A stretch of 63,844 nucleotides of DNA, counting the filler, from Octopus bimaculoides (Eukaryota), in assembly GCF_001194135.2 (NCBI RefSeq). It is 5 parts of 5 records of this genome, joined end to end, with 100 filler letters (N's around TTAATTAATTAA, not from the genome) between each part and the next. Parts side by side here need not be neighbours in the genome. Positions count along the whole stretch, not along the records: positions 1 to 24,751 come from NC_068990.1; 4 more parts are not named here. One strand, 5' to 3'. The notes beneath the pieces are model-generated. The model was not told the origin of the DNA. It ran no database searches and was given only the letters and a program-made list of their open reading frames with translations. Position numbers and translations under genes: made by a program. Numbering within the stretch: the stretch's first letter is position 1; the number at the start of each line of letters is the position of its first letter. Positions 1-11,189 of the stretch are shown piece by piece.

Positions 1-241
1 CGGGTGGCACATAAAAGACACCATTTCGAGCGTGGCCGTTTTCGTGCGGGTGACACGTAAAAGCACCCACTACACTCTCTGAGTGGTTGGCGTTAGGAAG
101 GGCATCCAGCTGTAGAAACTCTGCCAAATTAGATTGGAGCCTGGTGTTGCCATTCGGTTTCACCAGTCCTCAGTCAAATCGTCCAACCCATGCTAGCATG
201 GAAAGTGGACGTTAAACGATGATGATGATGATGATGATGAT
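1..241 (+). mobile_element. 3' end/tail of RTE-related element (3'UTR plus (GAT)n tail)
   Basis: ggtggcacataaaagacacc units, then ggttggcgttaggaagggcatccagctg...ccaacccatgctagcatggaaagtggacgttaaac(gat)n. The upstream units follow the RTE ORF stop at 13027, and the same tail recurs at 8865 and 15360-15530. Confidence 0.8.
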
Positions 242-299
242 ACTGAATATAGACTCTGGATTCCCAAGTGGAATTTGAGGCGGGCTGATGGAGAAGATA

Positions 300-850
300 G
301 AATTCATATGCAGTAACTGCAGTAAGCTTTAGTATCACTTGTTTAATGGGTTCTCTGTGTGCCTCTCTAGAAGTACTTGATAGGTTCTATTACCTAAATG
401 ACTTAATTAGCAGTAAATATAAGTGTATCAAAAGCATAAGAGCCAGAGTAAAGAGTTGGAAGTTCAGGGAGTTATTAACCTTTACTGGCAATAAGATTTG
501 TCTTTCAGAGTAAAGGACAAACTATGATACATCGTTTTATTGTAGCAGAACATGGACATTGAATTTAGCAGGTTTGTGAACACTGGAAAGAAATGATATG
601 AATATGCTCCACTGGTTTTGTAATGTAACAAATGAGCATGAGAGAAAAATTGGACCTAAGGGGAATCTGATATATTGATCAAATAAGATTACATAGGGAT
701 GGACATGCAGTGTGTACAGAAGACAACAACTGCATAAAAATGTCAAGCACTCAAAGAGGATAGTGTTTGTAAAGGTGGGAGACCTAGAGAGATAGGACAA
801 AGTGATGAAAATGATGAGCTTCATGAAAGAGATGACATCCACAACATGCA
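300..850 (+). mobile_element. Degenerate RTE-clade LINE, C-terminal coding fragment
   Basis: Broken-frame peptides SIRARVKSWKFRELL, TWTLN..LERNDMNMLHWFCNV, MREKLDLRGI and GGRPRE match the RTE RT C-terminal region; many stops and frameshifts. Confidence 0.7.
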
Positions 851-1519
851 ATACTTGAGAAAATTCACATTCTCTTGTAAGGGTGAAGAGAATGCTAAAA
901 CATGGTGATGGAGGCTGGGGTACCTTTACCCTACCTATCCTCTGTTCTCATCTGTACAAGTTGTACTCACTTTGAAAGCTCCAGAATAGGAGTTGCATCT
1001 TGTGTAAAACTTGTGAACAGTAGAGTCCTTACCAGGTTCATTATTTCTGTTGAAAGAGGTGTTTCTACCTACTCCAGGTTCCAATTAACCTCCCTTTCCT
1101 CTATTTATTCATACACGTACATACATACTTATAAAATCCATAGTGAGCCTTGTGAAATACAGTTTCCTGGCCAAAATATTTATTTTGCCATTTATCAAGC
1201 TAGTAAAAACAAAAGTTTTAGTTAATGCATTGAATATAGTCGACATTTGAATGAGCACATACATTTAGAAAAAGACAGAAACACAAGGGAGATAATTAAC
1301 ATCAGTAAATATAATCAGTGTCTTATGAATACCAAAAATTTACATAAACCTACACTGGAATGCTTTTTGTTGTGTTCACTCGTTTATCACTAATTTCTGC
1401 AAAAATGTATTTTGTAAAATGCAGACATGAAAAATATTTCACTCTTAGTATTTACATAGTCACTTGAGGTTCCTAAGTTTTTAAAAAATACAGTTTTTCA
1501 AGCAAGCATACAGAACATC

Positions 1520-2050
1520 TTTTTGATCTCTTAAGGTTCGGTCTTAGATGGGGGGTCTTTCGGCCTTTATACGCCACTCTAGTTCGACCCATCCTCGAAT
1601 ATTGCAGCCAGGCCTCAAACCCATATCTCCAGAAAGACATTCAGCACCTGGAACAGGTTCAGCACTTAGCCACCCGAAAGGTCGTAAGCTTATCTAAGCT
1701 TACGTATGAGGAAAGTCTCCAACGGCTGGCATTACCTTCACTCGAACGACGGAAGATGCGGGGAGATTTCATCCTGGCTTTCAGCATCTTCAACGGGAAT
1801 GTAAACCTACCGTTTTCGGAGTTTTTCACCCCTACGCCGAATAGAGGTTTTCGTGGGCATGATCGCACACTCTATCCCCGACACTTTCGACTCAACAGGT
1901 GGAAGGTCGCATTCTCCGTTCGTATCGCAGGCCCGTGGAACAAGCAACCTCAAGATGTCATTCAACTGCCCACCACTCCCCTGTTCAAAGAGGCTCTGGA
2001 CAACTGTGGCGACTATGTATAAAACTGTATATAACAATAACTGTTTTTTT
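1520..2050 (+). mobile_element. CR1/L2-group LINE, 5'-truncated 3' fragment
   Basis: Frame 1558-2022 is open: FRPLYATLVRPILEYCSQASNPYLQKDIQHLEQVQHLATRK..TYEESLQRLALPSLERRKMRGDF..FRGHD..AFSVRIAGPWN, a typical CR1 ORF2 C-terminus. Confidence 0.85.
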
Positions 2051-2509
2051 TTTACATGGCTTAAGCACACTGAGCTCTTCTCCTGCCAATAAATTTGATT
2101 TGATATGTATATATTTGTATGTGTATTGATAAAGATGTAAAAATATGATATAGCAGTAAAATTCTGGGCATATCCTTCAGCTGAAGGATATTACCCACTG
2201 AGTGGACTGCAGCAACCAGAAGTAAAATGTTTTATACAAAGATACAAGCGCCTTCCAAACCAGGAATCGAATCTGCAAGTCACCTAAATTCAAGGCTACG
2301 TACCTTCTCTCTTTCGCTCTCTCTCTCTCACACACATATATAGTGGGAAGAAGCTGTAACTTCGAAGTTACTTCAACATATTTCTTCAAAGTATACAATA
2401 AAACTCAATTTACATGTAATGGGTATATTTCAATTAATGTTTCACTGGTTTCTGTATATAACTTTCCATAAAAAAAAGAAATATTAATAAAGACATACAT
2501 ATTCTTCAC

Positions 2510-2751
2510 ATCATAACGTCAGTTCGAAGCAAATACATTATATTTTAATATATAGACGTATATATTCCGTATCGAAGCTGCGGCCAGAGACGAAACCACC
2601 TTCACCGCCTCTCTATGATGAGGTACGAATCTATGGCTAAAGATGTTTGCTGCTTTATGAACCCCGTTTAAATTCACAAATGTAAAATTTTTATTTTGTT
2701 GTTTAGTGAAAAGCAAACAGGTTCACTGTTTTGCATCTATTACGAGTAAGT
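2510..2751 (+). promoter_or_regulatory. Candidate CpG-enriched promoter and non-coding 5' exons of the ZNF gene
   Basis: Locally CpG-rich. Donor AG|GTACGA at 2623, T-rich acceptor ending 2706, 39-nt exon 2707-2745, perfect donor GTAAGT at 2746. Motif-based only. Confidence 0.3.
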
Positions 2752-4154
2752 TGACATAATAATGTAATAATGTGTAAATAATTGTAATAATATGTAAATA
2801 ATGTCCTTTGTAATAATGTCCTTTATTTTCTTACTGTTTACTTTTGTAAATTGTATTTATATATCTCTTACGGTATTCCTATTGAAGTCAAAAATTATCT
2901 ACTGCGCCAAAAATCATAATTCGGAAGTATGTTTCAAGCATCATAGATTACGATTCTTGAAAAAAAAAAAAAAAGGTGATTTTTTTCTCATTCCCCTTTC
3001 CTCAGTTTTTCTGCTTTTACTTTCTTCAAAATGTTTTTTGAGGAATATGCTTTTAAACATCTGAGATAGTGATTCTTTAAAATATGCTTAACTTTATAAA
3101 ACTTATATTTTGAAAAACGCTTGCGTGATGTCGGGACGGAAAAAGGGCGTGTGCCTGTCCCCTCCTTTTTATGCAGAATCTTAATCTCTGATGCTCAAAA
3201 CATGCGAGCCAAAGAAAATAGTTGTGTCTGGCTCGCTAGATAACGCCATTTGTTTGTCATTTTATAATATCTCACATTCTAAAATACATGTAANNNNNNN
3301 NNNNNNNNNNNNNNNNNNNNNNNNNNNNNNNNNNNNNNNNNNNNNNNNNNNNNNNNNNNNNNNNNNNNNNNNNNNNNNNNNNNNNNNNNNNNNNNNNNNN
3401 NNNNNNNNNNNNNNNNNNNNNNNNNNNNNNNNNNNNNNNNNNNNNNNNNNNNNNNNNNNNNNNNNNNNNNNNNNNNNNNNNNNNNNNNNNNNNNNNNNNN
3501 NNNNNNNNNNNNNNNNNNNNNNNNNNNNNNNNNNNNNNNNNNNNNNNNNNNNNNNNNNNNNNNNNNNNNNNNNNNNNNNNNNNNNNNNNNNNNNNNNNNN
3601 NNNNNNNNNNNNNNNNNNNNNNNNNNNNNNNNNNNNNNNNNNNNNNNNNNNNNNNNNNNNNNNNNNNNNNNNNNNNNNNNNNNNNNNNNNNNNNNNNNNN
3701 NNNNNNNNNNNNNNNNNNNNNNNNNNNNNNNNNNNNNNNNNNNNNNNNNNNNNNNNNNNNNNNNNNNNNNNNNNNNNNNNNNNNNNNNNNNNNNNNNNNN
3801 NNNNNNNNNNNNNNNNNNNNNNNNNNNNNNNNNNNNNNNNNNNNNNNNNNNNNNNNNNNNNNNNNNNNNNNNNNNNNNNNNNNNNNNNNNNNNNNNNNNN
3901 NNNNNNNNNNNNNNNNNNNNNNNNNNNNNNNNNNNNNNNNNNNNNNNNNNNNNNNNGGGTGGGGAGAGGGCTTCTGGAAAATTCACAAGATCCGATTTTT
4001 CCCTCATTACTTTCAGGAAAATGGATATATATTGATTTTTTTTTTTACGGAATTCCACGTTTTCGGCTATGGAGAATCCGATTCAGGAAAAAAATTATTT
4101 GTAAAATTTCAATGTTTCAACGATAAAAAAATCGCTGATCCACAATTTTATCTT

Positions 4155-4402
4155 GTCTGAGGAATGAAGAAACAGCATGTAAAATACATTATTTACAATT
4201 GACGGATATTTGTCCTCATCTTAACACAACGTTTCGGCTGATACACCCTCCAGCCTTCATCAGGTGTCTTGGGGAAATTTCGGACCTGGGTTCTCATTCC
4301 TAAGGTATTTTACGATATTATTATTATTATTATTCAGGTCACTGCTTGCAATCCAACTCAGGGTTAGTATCCCATGCTCTTAACCACTACACCATATGCC
4401 CG
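4155..4402 (-). mobile_element. tRNA-headed SINE-like repeat with hammerhead-containing (Penelope-like) 3' part
   Basis: Minus strand reads A-box TGGTGTAGTGG (4384-4394), B-box-like GAGTTGGATTGC (4348-4359), (TAA)n, then the hammerhead motif. Related copies at 8930-9030 and 50549-50849. Confidence 0.7.
4223..4268 (-). ncRNA. Minimal type-I hammerhead ribozyme motif
   Basis: 5'-GACAC CUGAUGA A GGCUG gaggguguau CAGCC GAA ACGU U|GUGUU-3'. It has a 5-bp helix I, an intact core, a 5-bp helix II, palindromic ACGU in place of helix III and a GUU cleavage triplet. Confidence 0.65.
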
Positions 4403-4469
4403 TGGGTAATCATGGAGTGAATTTTAGGGCTTATAAATCTAATATTCTCCTATCCTTCCTTAATACCTA

Positions 4470-4900
4470 GTTTTAAATATTTGGGAACCATTGTTATATC
4501 AGATGAGGAAACATCAAAGAAATCTAGTCAGGGATTGGATATACCAAGTGATATCAAGCAAATAAATGACTAGTAATAAAAGTGAGGAAAAGAGTCCTTG
4601 GAGCATACATAACACCTGTCCTTAGATATGGATGTGTGACCTGGAACATAAACAAGGGCAAAAGCTTATCAGTACTGCAGGGATATGGTTCCTTGGAAGA
4701 ATGCTGCTGGTATTCTGTGCAGAGTGTAACAAAGATCTAAGAACAGAGTGTAACAAAGATCTTAAGAACAGCATATCTGCCAGAAAATTTCTCAACAATG
4801 CAAGCAGACAACCAGCTCAGTTCATTGGACACTATATTAATGGAAAAAGCTTTGACCACTTGGTGACTCTAATCTTTCAGGAAATTGAAAGAAGATGCTC
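4470..4900 (+). mobile_element. Degenerate RTE LINE 3' coding fragment (second RTE family)
   Basis: FKYLGTIVISD, RKRVLGAYITPVLRYGCVTWNINK, ISTAGIWFLGRML and FIGH motifs, with frameshifts and an internal ~21-bp tandem duplication at 4719-4762. Confidence 0.65.
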
Positions 4901-5849
4901 AATAGCCTTACGAGCTGGCTTTGAAAAGACTGATCCAATAATGTACTGTTGTGTGTGAGAATTTTAAGCTGAGTTAGTGGCAACACAGCTTACATATAAT
5001 CCCTATTTATCTGTTATTAGATATGTAACTTACTGAAGTAATGATATAATCATGAAATAAACATATAAAATGGTACATTTATTTGTATGGAGTAAAAAGA
5101 ATTGTTTTTAGATATTTAATAATTCAGATACCATCTGCATGAAAAGTAAGATGTATGTTAGTGTTAACATATTTAATTTGTAAAGCATGTAAAATTAGAC
5201 TAAAATATTAAATAAAAGCCCATGTTTTTTTTCAACTTTTTTCAAAGTTTTTTTTTTTTCATTTTAACAGGGATCAGTACTAATCTAGGAAGATAGTACT
5301 TTTATACCAATAAAAACACTCTTTATTATCTACCAGCACCATTATCATGGCTGTCACAATGTCAAAAGAAATAGAAAGAGTTGTAAATTTCTCTATATGT
5401 ACAGTTTTGTACAACTAATAAATCTACCTGAGAATTAATTCTATGTTATATGTGATGTCTGGTATAAGAATCTGCTGGCTATGATTTTGTTTTGTAATGA
5501 GAAATAAGTTAATATACCAGTATGTAGAACTATATGGGAGACATATTCTCAGTAGCTCTTATTTCTTTACAAGGTTGCACTGTCATGATGAGATAATGTC
5601 ATTCATATTTCAGCATTGCAAACAAACTTAATATCTTAGTAAACTGTATCTTTGTATAGTATATTTTAATAGTGGTTGAAATTTGGTAACTGAGAGATAA
5701 GTGTTCTGATTAGAGTCATGATTGCTGTGTAAACTAAACATTGTCTTCAGCTGCCTGTGACACCTTCAGAAAGCCTACTTTACTTATCAGCCAAATTCCA
5801 CTTGCAGGGTTGGTACATGCTGTTTTAATATTTTAATATTGTTTCCACC

Positions 5850-6000
5850 TACAAGAGCCTTTTTGGTTGCATGACCTGCTTAGAAAAGCAGGTAAATCTC
5901 CATTAAAGCACACCCTACTGATTAAAGAGATGAGAAGATAGTCATAACTGAAATACCTTTGATTATGAGTCTGCTCAGAGCTGAACAGGGGTAAACAACA
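5850..6000 (+). mobile_element. SINE 3' fragment (tail ending gctaaacaac-type)
   Basis: ggttgcatgacctgcttagaaaagcag..aaatctccc..cacaccctactg..tctgctcagagctgaacaggggtaaacaac; same family at 48790-49140. Confidence 0.5.
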
Positions 6001-6371
6001 GCGATGTGCAATGTTTCTAGTGAGAGAATATTATTGATTCAGCAGTTTAGCGTGTGTGTGTATTTTTACTCTGTAAATATGAAGGTGTAAATGTACTCTG
6101 TAAATGTATAGGCTTTACATAATGTTGTATGATATAATTTTAATAACAAATTTGAAATTAAATCAAATTGTTTTGGTAAATGTTTATATTTAAAGTTTAT
6201 CAGTATAGAAATGCAAAATTTCTGTTGTTGATTCTGTACATTTTAAGTATCTTCTAATATCTTGTACTGTTTTCTCTCTTATTTCAGAATATCACATTAC
6301 TTTGGCAAAACAGAATTTTTTATTTCATAATAAAAAGAAAATGATAAAGCTCCTTCTCAAATCATATAGAC

Positions 6372-6590
6372 TCATAGGACCAGTTTCCTGGATTCTCTGG
6401 TGAACATACTTCTAGACAGGATGCCAGTCCATTGCAGAATACTCAATTTTGCTAGCTGAGTAGAATGGAGTAACATGAAAGGAAGTGTTTTGCTCAAAAG
6501 CACGACACATTGCTCTGTCCAGGAATCAAAATCACGATCTTATGATCATGATTCCAACACTTTGACCACTAAGCCAGATGCCTCTCCATT
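6372..6590 (-). mobile_element. tRNA-derived SINE (Meta/CORE-like body)
   Basis: Minus strand: ggagaggcatctggcttagtggt (A box)..gagcaaaacacttc..ctgcaatggactggcatccc..agagaatccaggaaactggtcc. Relatives at 35727 and 52400. Confidence 0.65.
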
Positions 6591-6884
6591 TTTTATTTCA
6601 TGGACACCATTAATAATTATTATCTTTTAAAGATTAAAGGAACATGTTAAACAGAACACATAAGTCCTTTAATATAAATCTATGGTAGAGTTACCACTGT
6701 TTTATTGTCTGTTATATATACAAAATGATTTTGCAATCCAGTTAAACTTGAACATATTTGCAGAGGAGTTTGCAGCATCTTCATATATCAGCAATGATGG
6801 TCATAGTAAAACTAATTGTTAAAAATAAATTATGAAATGAAAATAAGAAAAATATTCATATATTGTAGGAAAAGAAGTAAAATT

Positions 6885-8051
6885 ATGGAAAATAAACTAT
6901 GTGAAAAGCAGCCTGAGAATATTGATTTTCCTGATGAAATGATGAAAGAGATAAAAAAAACTTATTACTGTGATATCTGTAGTAAATCATTCTCTCAAAC
7001 AAGTATCTTGGTGACTCACAAATGTTTTCATACAGAGGAAAAACCGTATTGCTGTGATATCTGTGGGAAATCATTTTCTTTAAGTGATAAATTAACTGAA
7101 CACAAACAGGTTCATACAGGAGAGAAGCCATATCACTGTGATATCTGTGGTAAATCATTCTCTCATAGAAATTCTTTAATTGAACACAAACACACTCATA
7201 CAGGAGAGAAACCATATTGCTGTAATATCTGTGGTAAATCATTCTCTGCAACAGGTAACTTAAGTAAACACAAATATATTCATACAGGAAAAAAACCATA
7301 TCACTGTGATATTTGTGGTAAATCTTTCTCTCATGGAAATACTTTAACTGAACACAAATATATTCATACAGGAGAGAAACCACATCGCTGCGATATCTGT
7401 GGTAAATCATTCTCTGCAACAAGTAACTTAACTAAGCACAAACGCATTCATACAGGAGAGAAACCATATCGCTGTGATATCTGTGGTAAATCATTTTCTC
7501 AAAGGAGCAACTTGACTACTCACAAACATATTCATACAGTTGAAAAACCATATCACTGTAATATCTGTGGTAAGTCTGTCTCTCAAAGAAGTAATTTAAC
7601 TACTCACAAACGCATTCATACAGGAGAGAAACCCTATCACTGTGTTATCTGTGGTAAATCATTTTCTCTAACAGGTCACTTAGCTACTCACAATCGAGTT
7701 CATACAGGAGAGAAGTCATATCACTGTGATATCTGTGGTAAATCATTCTCTCATGGAAATACCTTAATTGAACACAAACGTATACATACTGGAGAGAAGC
7801 CATATCACTGTGACGTCTGTGGTAAACCATTCTCTCTCTCAACTAATTTAACTATACACAAACGCATTCATACAGGAGAGAAGCCATATCATTGTGATAT
7901 TTGTGGTAAATCATTCTCTCAGATTGGTAACTTGACTAAACACAAACGCACTCACACAGGAATGAAACCATATCACTGTGATATTTGTAGTAAATCATTC
8001 TCTCAAAAAAATCATTTATCTACACATATATGTATTTACACACAAGAGTAA
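6885..8051 (+). CDS. KRAB-less tandem C2H2 zinc-finger protein, 388 aa (12 intact + 1 degenerate finger)
   Basis: Uninterrupted ORF with repeated Y-x-C-x2-C-GKSFS-x4-L-x2-H-x3-H fingers and TGEKP linkers. The ATG at 6885 (MENKLCEKQ) follows a splice acceptor ttgtAG at 6867-6868; the track's TTG start at 6816 is probably intronic. The last finger has Tyr in place of the final His. Confidence 0.93.
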   Translation: MENKLCEKQPENIDFPDEMMKEIKKTYYCDICSKSFSQTSILVTHKCFHTEEKPYCCDICGKSFSLSDKLTEHKQVHTGEKPYHCDICGKSFSHRNSLIEHKHTHTGEKPYCCNICGKSFSATGNLSKHKYIHTGKKPYHCDICGKSFSHGNTLTEHKYIHTGEKPHRCDICGKSFSATSNLTKHKRIHTGEKPYRCDICGKSFSQRSNLTTHKHIHTVEKPYHCNICGKSVSQRSNLTTHKRIHTGEKPYHCVICGKSFSLTGHLATHNRVHTGEKSYHCDICGKSFSHGNTLIEHKRIHTGEKPYHCDVCGKPFSLSTNLTIHKRIHTGEKPYHCDICGKSFSQIGNLTKHKRTHTGMKPYHCDICSKSFSQKNHLSTHICIYTQE

Positions 8052-8681
8052 CTGAATGATGTCAAGTCATTCTTTGAAAAATAACCATAAATATATTCAA
8101 TCGCCTCATTGACAGTGAAAAAGTGTTTGAATTAGTCTCAATCCTTTAGGAATCTCATCAGAATATTTAATGTATTCCAGTTGAATTACACATGTGCTGT
8201 TTTACTGAAAATTTTATTTATTGAACTGCCTGGAATGTGTTACGTTTGCAAATTGGATTTTTTTTTCAGTTTAGTGAAATGTTTAATTCCTGTGAATATA
8301 AATATGTCTTTTTGAACAGCTACTTGTTTCCAGAAGCAAACCCTGAAAGGATTTAAATGAGTTGAACCAATTCCTCTTTTTAATGGTTGAGTGAAAGAGC
8401 GGCTCATATTCTTGCAGTCTTTCTTTGACCTCATAAAACAGTTATGTGCACACTCCAGGGACCTTATATCATATCACTTGACCGAAAACCACCCTATTGA
8501 CTGAGAAACACAATTCTTTTCCAACTACTTGTTTATTTATTTTCACTTACCATGTAACTTTCACCATGAAATGTTTCCTCAGGAAACTTATTTCATACAA
8601 AGAAACTCTGTCAGAAACTTTGATATTAACAAGAAATTCCTATTTCTTTAAATTAATTACTTCTGTTTTGTGTTTTTGTGT

Positions 8682-8687
8682 AATAAA
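8682..8687 (+). terminator. Candidate polyadenylation signal of the ZNF gene
   Basis: First AATAAA I could find downstream of the stop codon, with GT/T-rich sequence nearby. Confidence 0.3.
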
Positions 8688-8864
8688 TCTACTTAATGTT
8701 GGTACAGACAAACTTCTGGACTAATTGGGTTAAATTTATATCCTTATACTTATGTATGCCTTGTGTTTTATTATTTGTATTTGTGTATTTACATGCATCC
8801 TTGTAAACGTGTGTGTGTGTGTGTGTGTGCATGCATGCATTTGTTGGTCTGTATGTATTTTGGC

Positions 8865-8930
8865 ACATATCTAATCGTCCAACCCATGCTAGCATGGAAG
8901 GCGGACGTTAAACGATGATGATGATGACGA
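8865..8930 (+). mobile_element. RTE-related 3' tail fragment
   Basis: atcgtccaacccatgctagcatggaaggcggacgttaaacgatgatgat, as at 178-241. Confidence 0.7.
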
Positions 8931-9030
8931 ATAATAACATCAGCAAAAAAATACCTTAGGAATGAGAACCCAGGATTGGGTTCAAAATCCTACCAGGACA
9001 CCTGAAGAGTAAATCAGCCGAAACATTGTG
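8930..9030 (+). mobile_element. Headless copy of the hammerhead-bearing repeat (helix II partly deleted)
   Basis: aaataccttaggaatgagaacccagg..gacac CTGAAGA gtaaat cagcc GAAAC att gtg; reverse complement of 4223-4320. Confidence 0.65.
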
Positions 9031-9380
9031 GATCAGTCATGCACACAAACACACATTCACTAAAAAAGATGCTAGAAAAAGTAAATAAAATTTATGCTCT
9101 CTCTCTCTCTCTGTCTGTCTGTCCACACACAGCAACACACACCTCTCTGTCTCTCAGGCAATAACACACTCAAAAAAGATGCAAGGAAAAATAAATTTTA
9201 AAAAATGTACGCTGTTATTCTCTCCCTCACACACACACAGCAACACATCTCTCTCTCTCACATACACAATACACACTTTCTGTCTAGCAACCCCCATCGA
9301 CATATACACAGTGAGTGAGTGAAGGTGTGTGTTGTAATATGTGAGTTTTTTTGCATCTATGTGTAAGTGGCACTCACTCG

Positions 9381-9424
<44 letters not shown>

Positions 9425-10451
9425 TTATGCACACCACCTGTTTCCAACGTAACCCTAGCCCTAAACACTGGAAGTGTGTATTCTTTACCTTTGCCCATAA
9501 ATACATATGTATACATCATTTCTGTACATGAGAGTGTGAGAGAGAGTGTGACTGTATTTCTGCATAACATATAGAAAAATGGATGTCTTTTAATGAAATT
9601 ATTTTTGGTTGTGGCTTATTTTAATACAATATTTATGTGTACATTTTCATAAATGTTTGTCTAAGTAGAATTCTATTCATGCATGAAACATCAGATGAAA
9701 GTGAAACATTAGAAGCAAATTGAAATATTGTCCGAAAATGACCTCAAAGTTGTGCTAGCCAAGCTAGTTTCCGAGGTTATTTCAGTTGTAAAAAAGAGTT
9801 GTTGAGTCAAAAACAGTTTATTTAGTAGATAGATAATAAGCAGCTTTCTTTATTATAATACAGATGTGACAAATTCAGAGAAACATTACTTTCATTATTC
9901 ACACATTGTCACTCACGTAATGCAACACTTTGTAATTTTGGTTCAAATTGAAAGTGTGAAACTATTTTCATTTTGGAAGGAAACCTGGTCATTGTAGAGA
10001 AGTGTATTTGAAATAACTATAGCTGGTTGTTGAGATAACATAGAAAATATGTAAATGAAAATTTATTTGACATGTGTAATTAATTTGATTGTTCTAGTCT
10101 TAACATCAGTGGGTAAGAATAGAAGTCATTTGATGAGACCTTTTTGTTTGTAATTGGCTATCCTGTTGCAGGTTCAATTCGTGGAATATTGAAATGATAC
10201 CCGTCTTGTCCATTCCATAGAATAAGAGTATACAGAGAACATCATTAGAGGGATGAGTTTGTGAAACACGTTTAAGGTTGTTATCTTGAACACGAATGAA
10301 AATATGATTTTCATGGGGATTACCAACCATAAGGATGGCTATTTCATTAAATGTGGGCTCATTAAAACAGTGTAAAATGTTCTTTACTGTAGTTTACTAT
10401 AGATGTAACGAATGCAGAAACACACACATACTCATAGAACTGATATATATA

Positions 10452-10590
10452 GCCAGTTTCCATCTACCAAATCCACTCACAAGGCTTTGGTCAGCCCAAG
10501 GCTATAGTAGAAGACACTTGCCCAAGGTGCCATGCAGTAGGACTGAACTCAGAACCATGTGGTTGGTTACCAAGCTACTTATCACTTGCA
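10452..10590 (-). mobile_element. Abundant CORE-like tRNA SINE, 5' part
   Basis: ctaccaaatccactcacaaggctttggtc..gacacttgcccaaggtgcca..accatgtggttgg; family present more than 10 times in the window. Confidence 0.8.
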
Positions 10591-10779
10591 TATAAATATG
10601 GAGAACAGAATGGAGTAAGTGGAGCAAGATCACACACGAAAACGAAAAGTGTCCCTGAAGAGGTCACAGATGTATAACGAAAGATTTCCAGACAATGGAC
10701 ATGAGTTAAAACAATAAAATAAGTACAGTAATAAATGAGTGAAGGGAAAATATATGGTGTGCATGTTTATTTGGCAAAA

Positions 10780-10899
10780 AAAAAAAATGACCATCCTGAA
10801 ATACTACAATATGCCACGCTGGAGCGCTCTGTTGATATATATATATCAACGGAGTGCTCCAGCATGACATTGTAGTATTTCAGGATGGTCATTTTTTTT
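10780..10899. repeat. ~120-bp near-perfect palindrome centred on (TA)n
   Basis: aaaaaaatgaccatcctgaaatactacaat..gctggagcgctctgttgatata / tatatcaacggagtgctccagc..attgtagtatttcaggatggtcattttttt. Confidence 0.9.
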
Positions 10900-11189
10900 G
10901 GCTTTTTTAAATATTATTAACCTACGTTTGATATAATAATAATATTTTATACTAGTATTGATAGAGGTAAATCTTACAATAAATTATTAATTCCCGTAAT
11001 GTTTATATAGATAGGCTGTAGAACTTGACATGTTCATAAAATAGTCGATGAGAGTTTCTATATATATATATATTGGTATTGTATTTTTAGGTGTTTAGTC
11101 TTTTAAAATTTTTATGAATTAAAAAAAATTTTTAATTTTTAAGATATTTTAAATTTTGTAAAAATACATTAGTAAACTATACTCATTTG

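Noticed and set aside
4335-4402. tRNA-like A/B boxes here and at other SINE heads (e.g. 27945-27970, 49692)
   Set aside because: No complete cloverleaf; these are SINE promoters, not tRNA genes.
6883-7422. 179-aa minus-strand ORF
   Set aside because: Antisense shadow of the periodic zinc-finger codons.
10651-10699. Hammerhead-like gtcc CTGAAGA ggtcaca..tataac GAAA
   Set aside because: Helix II pairs poorly and there is no convincing helix III or cleavage site; at best an old relic.
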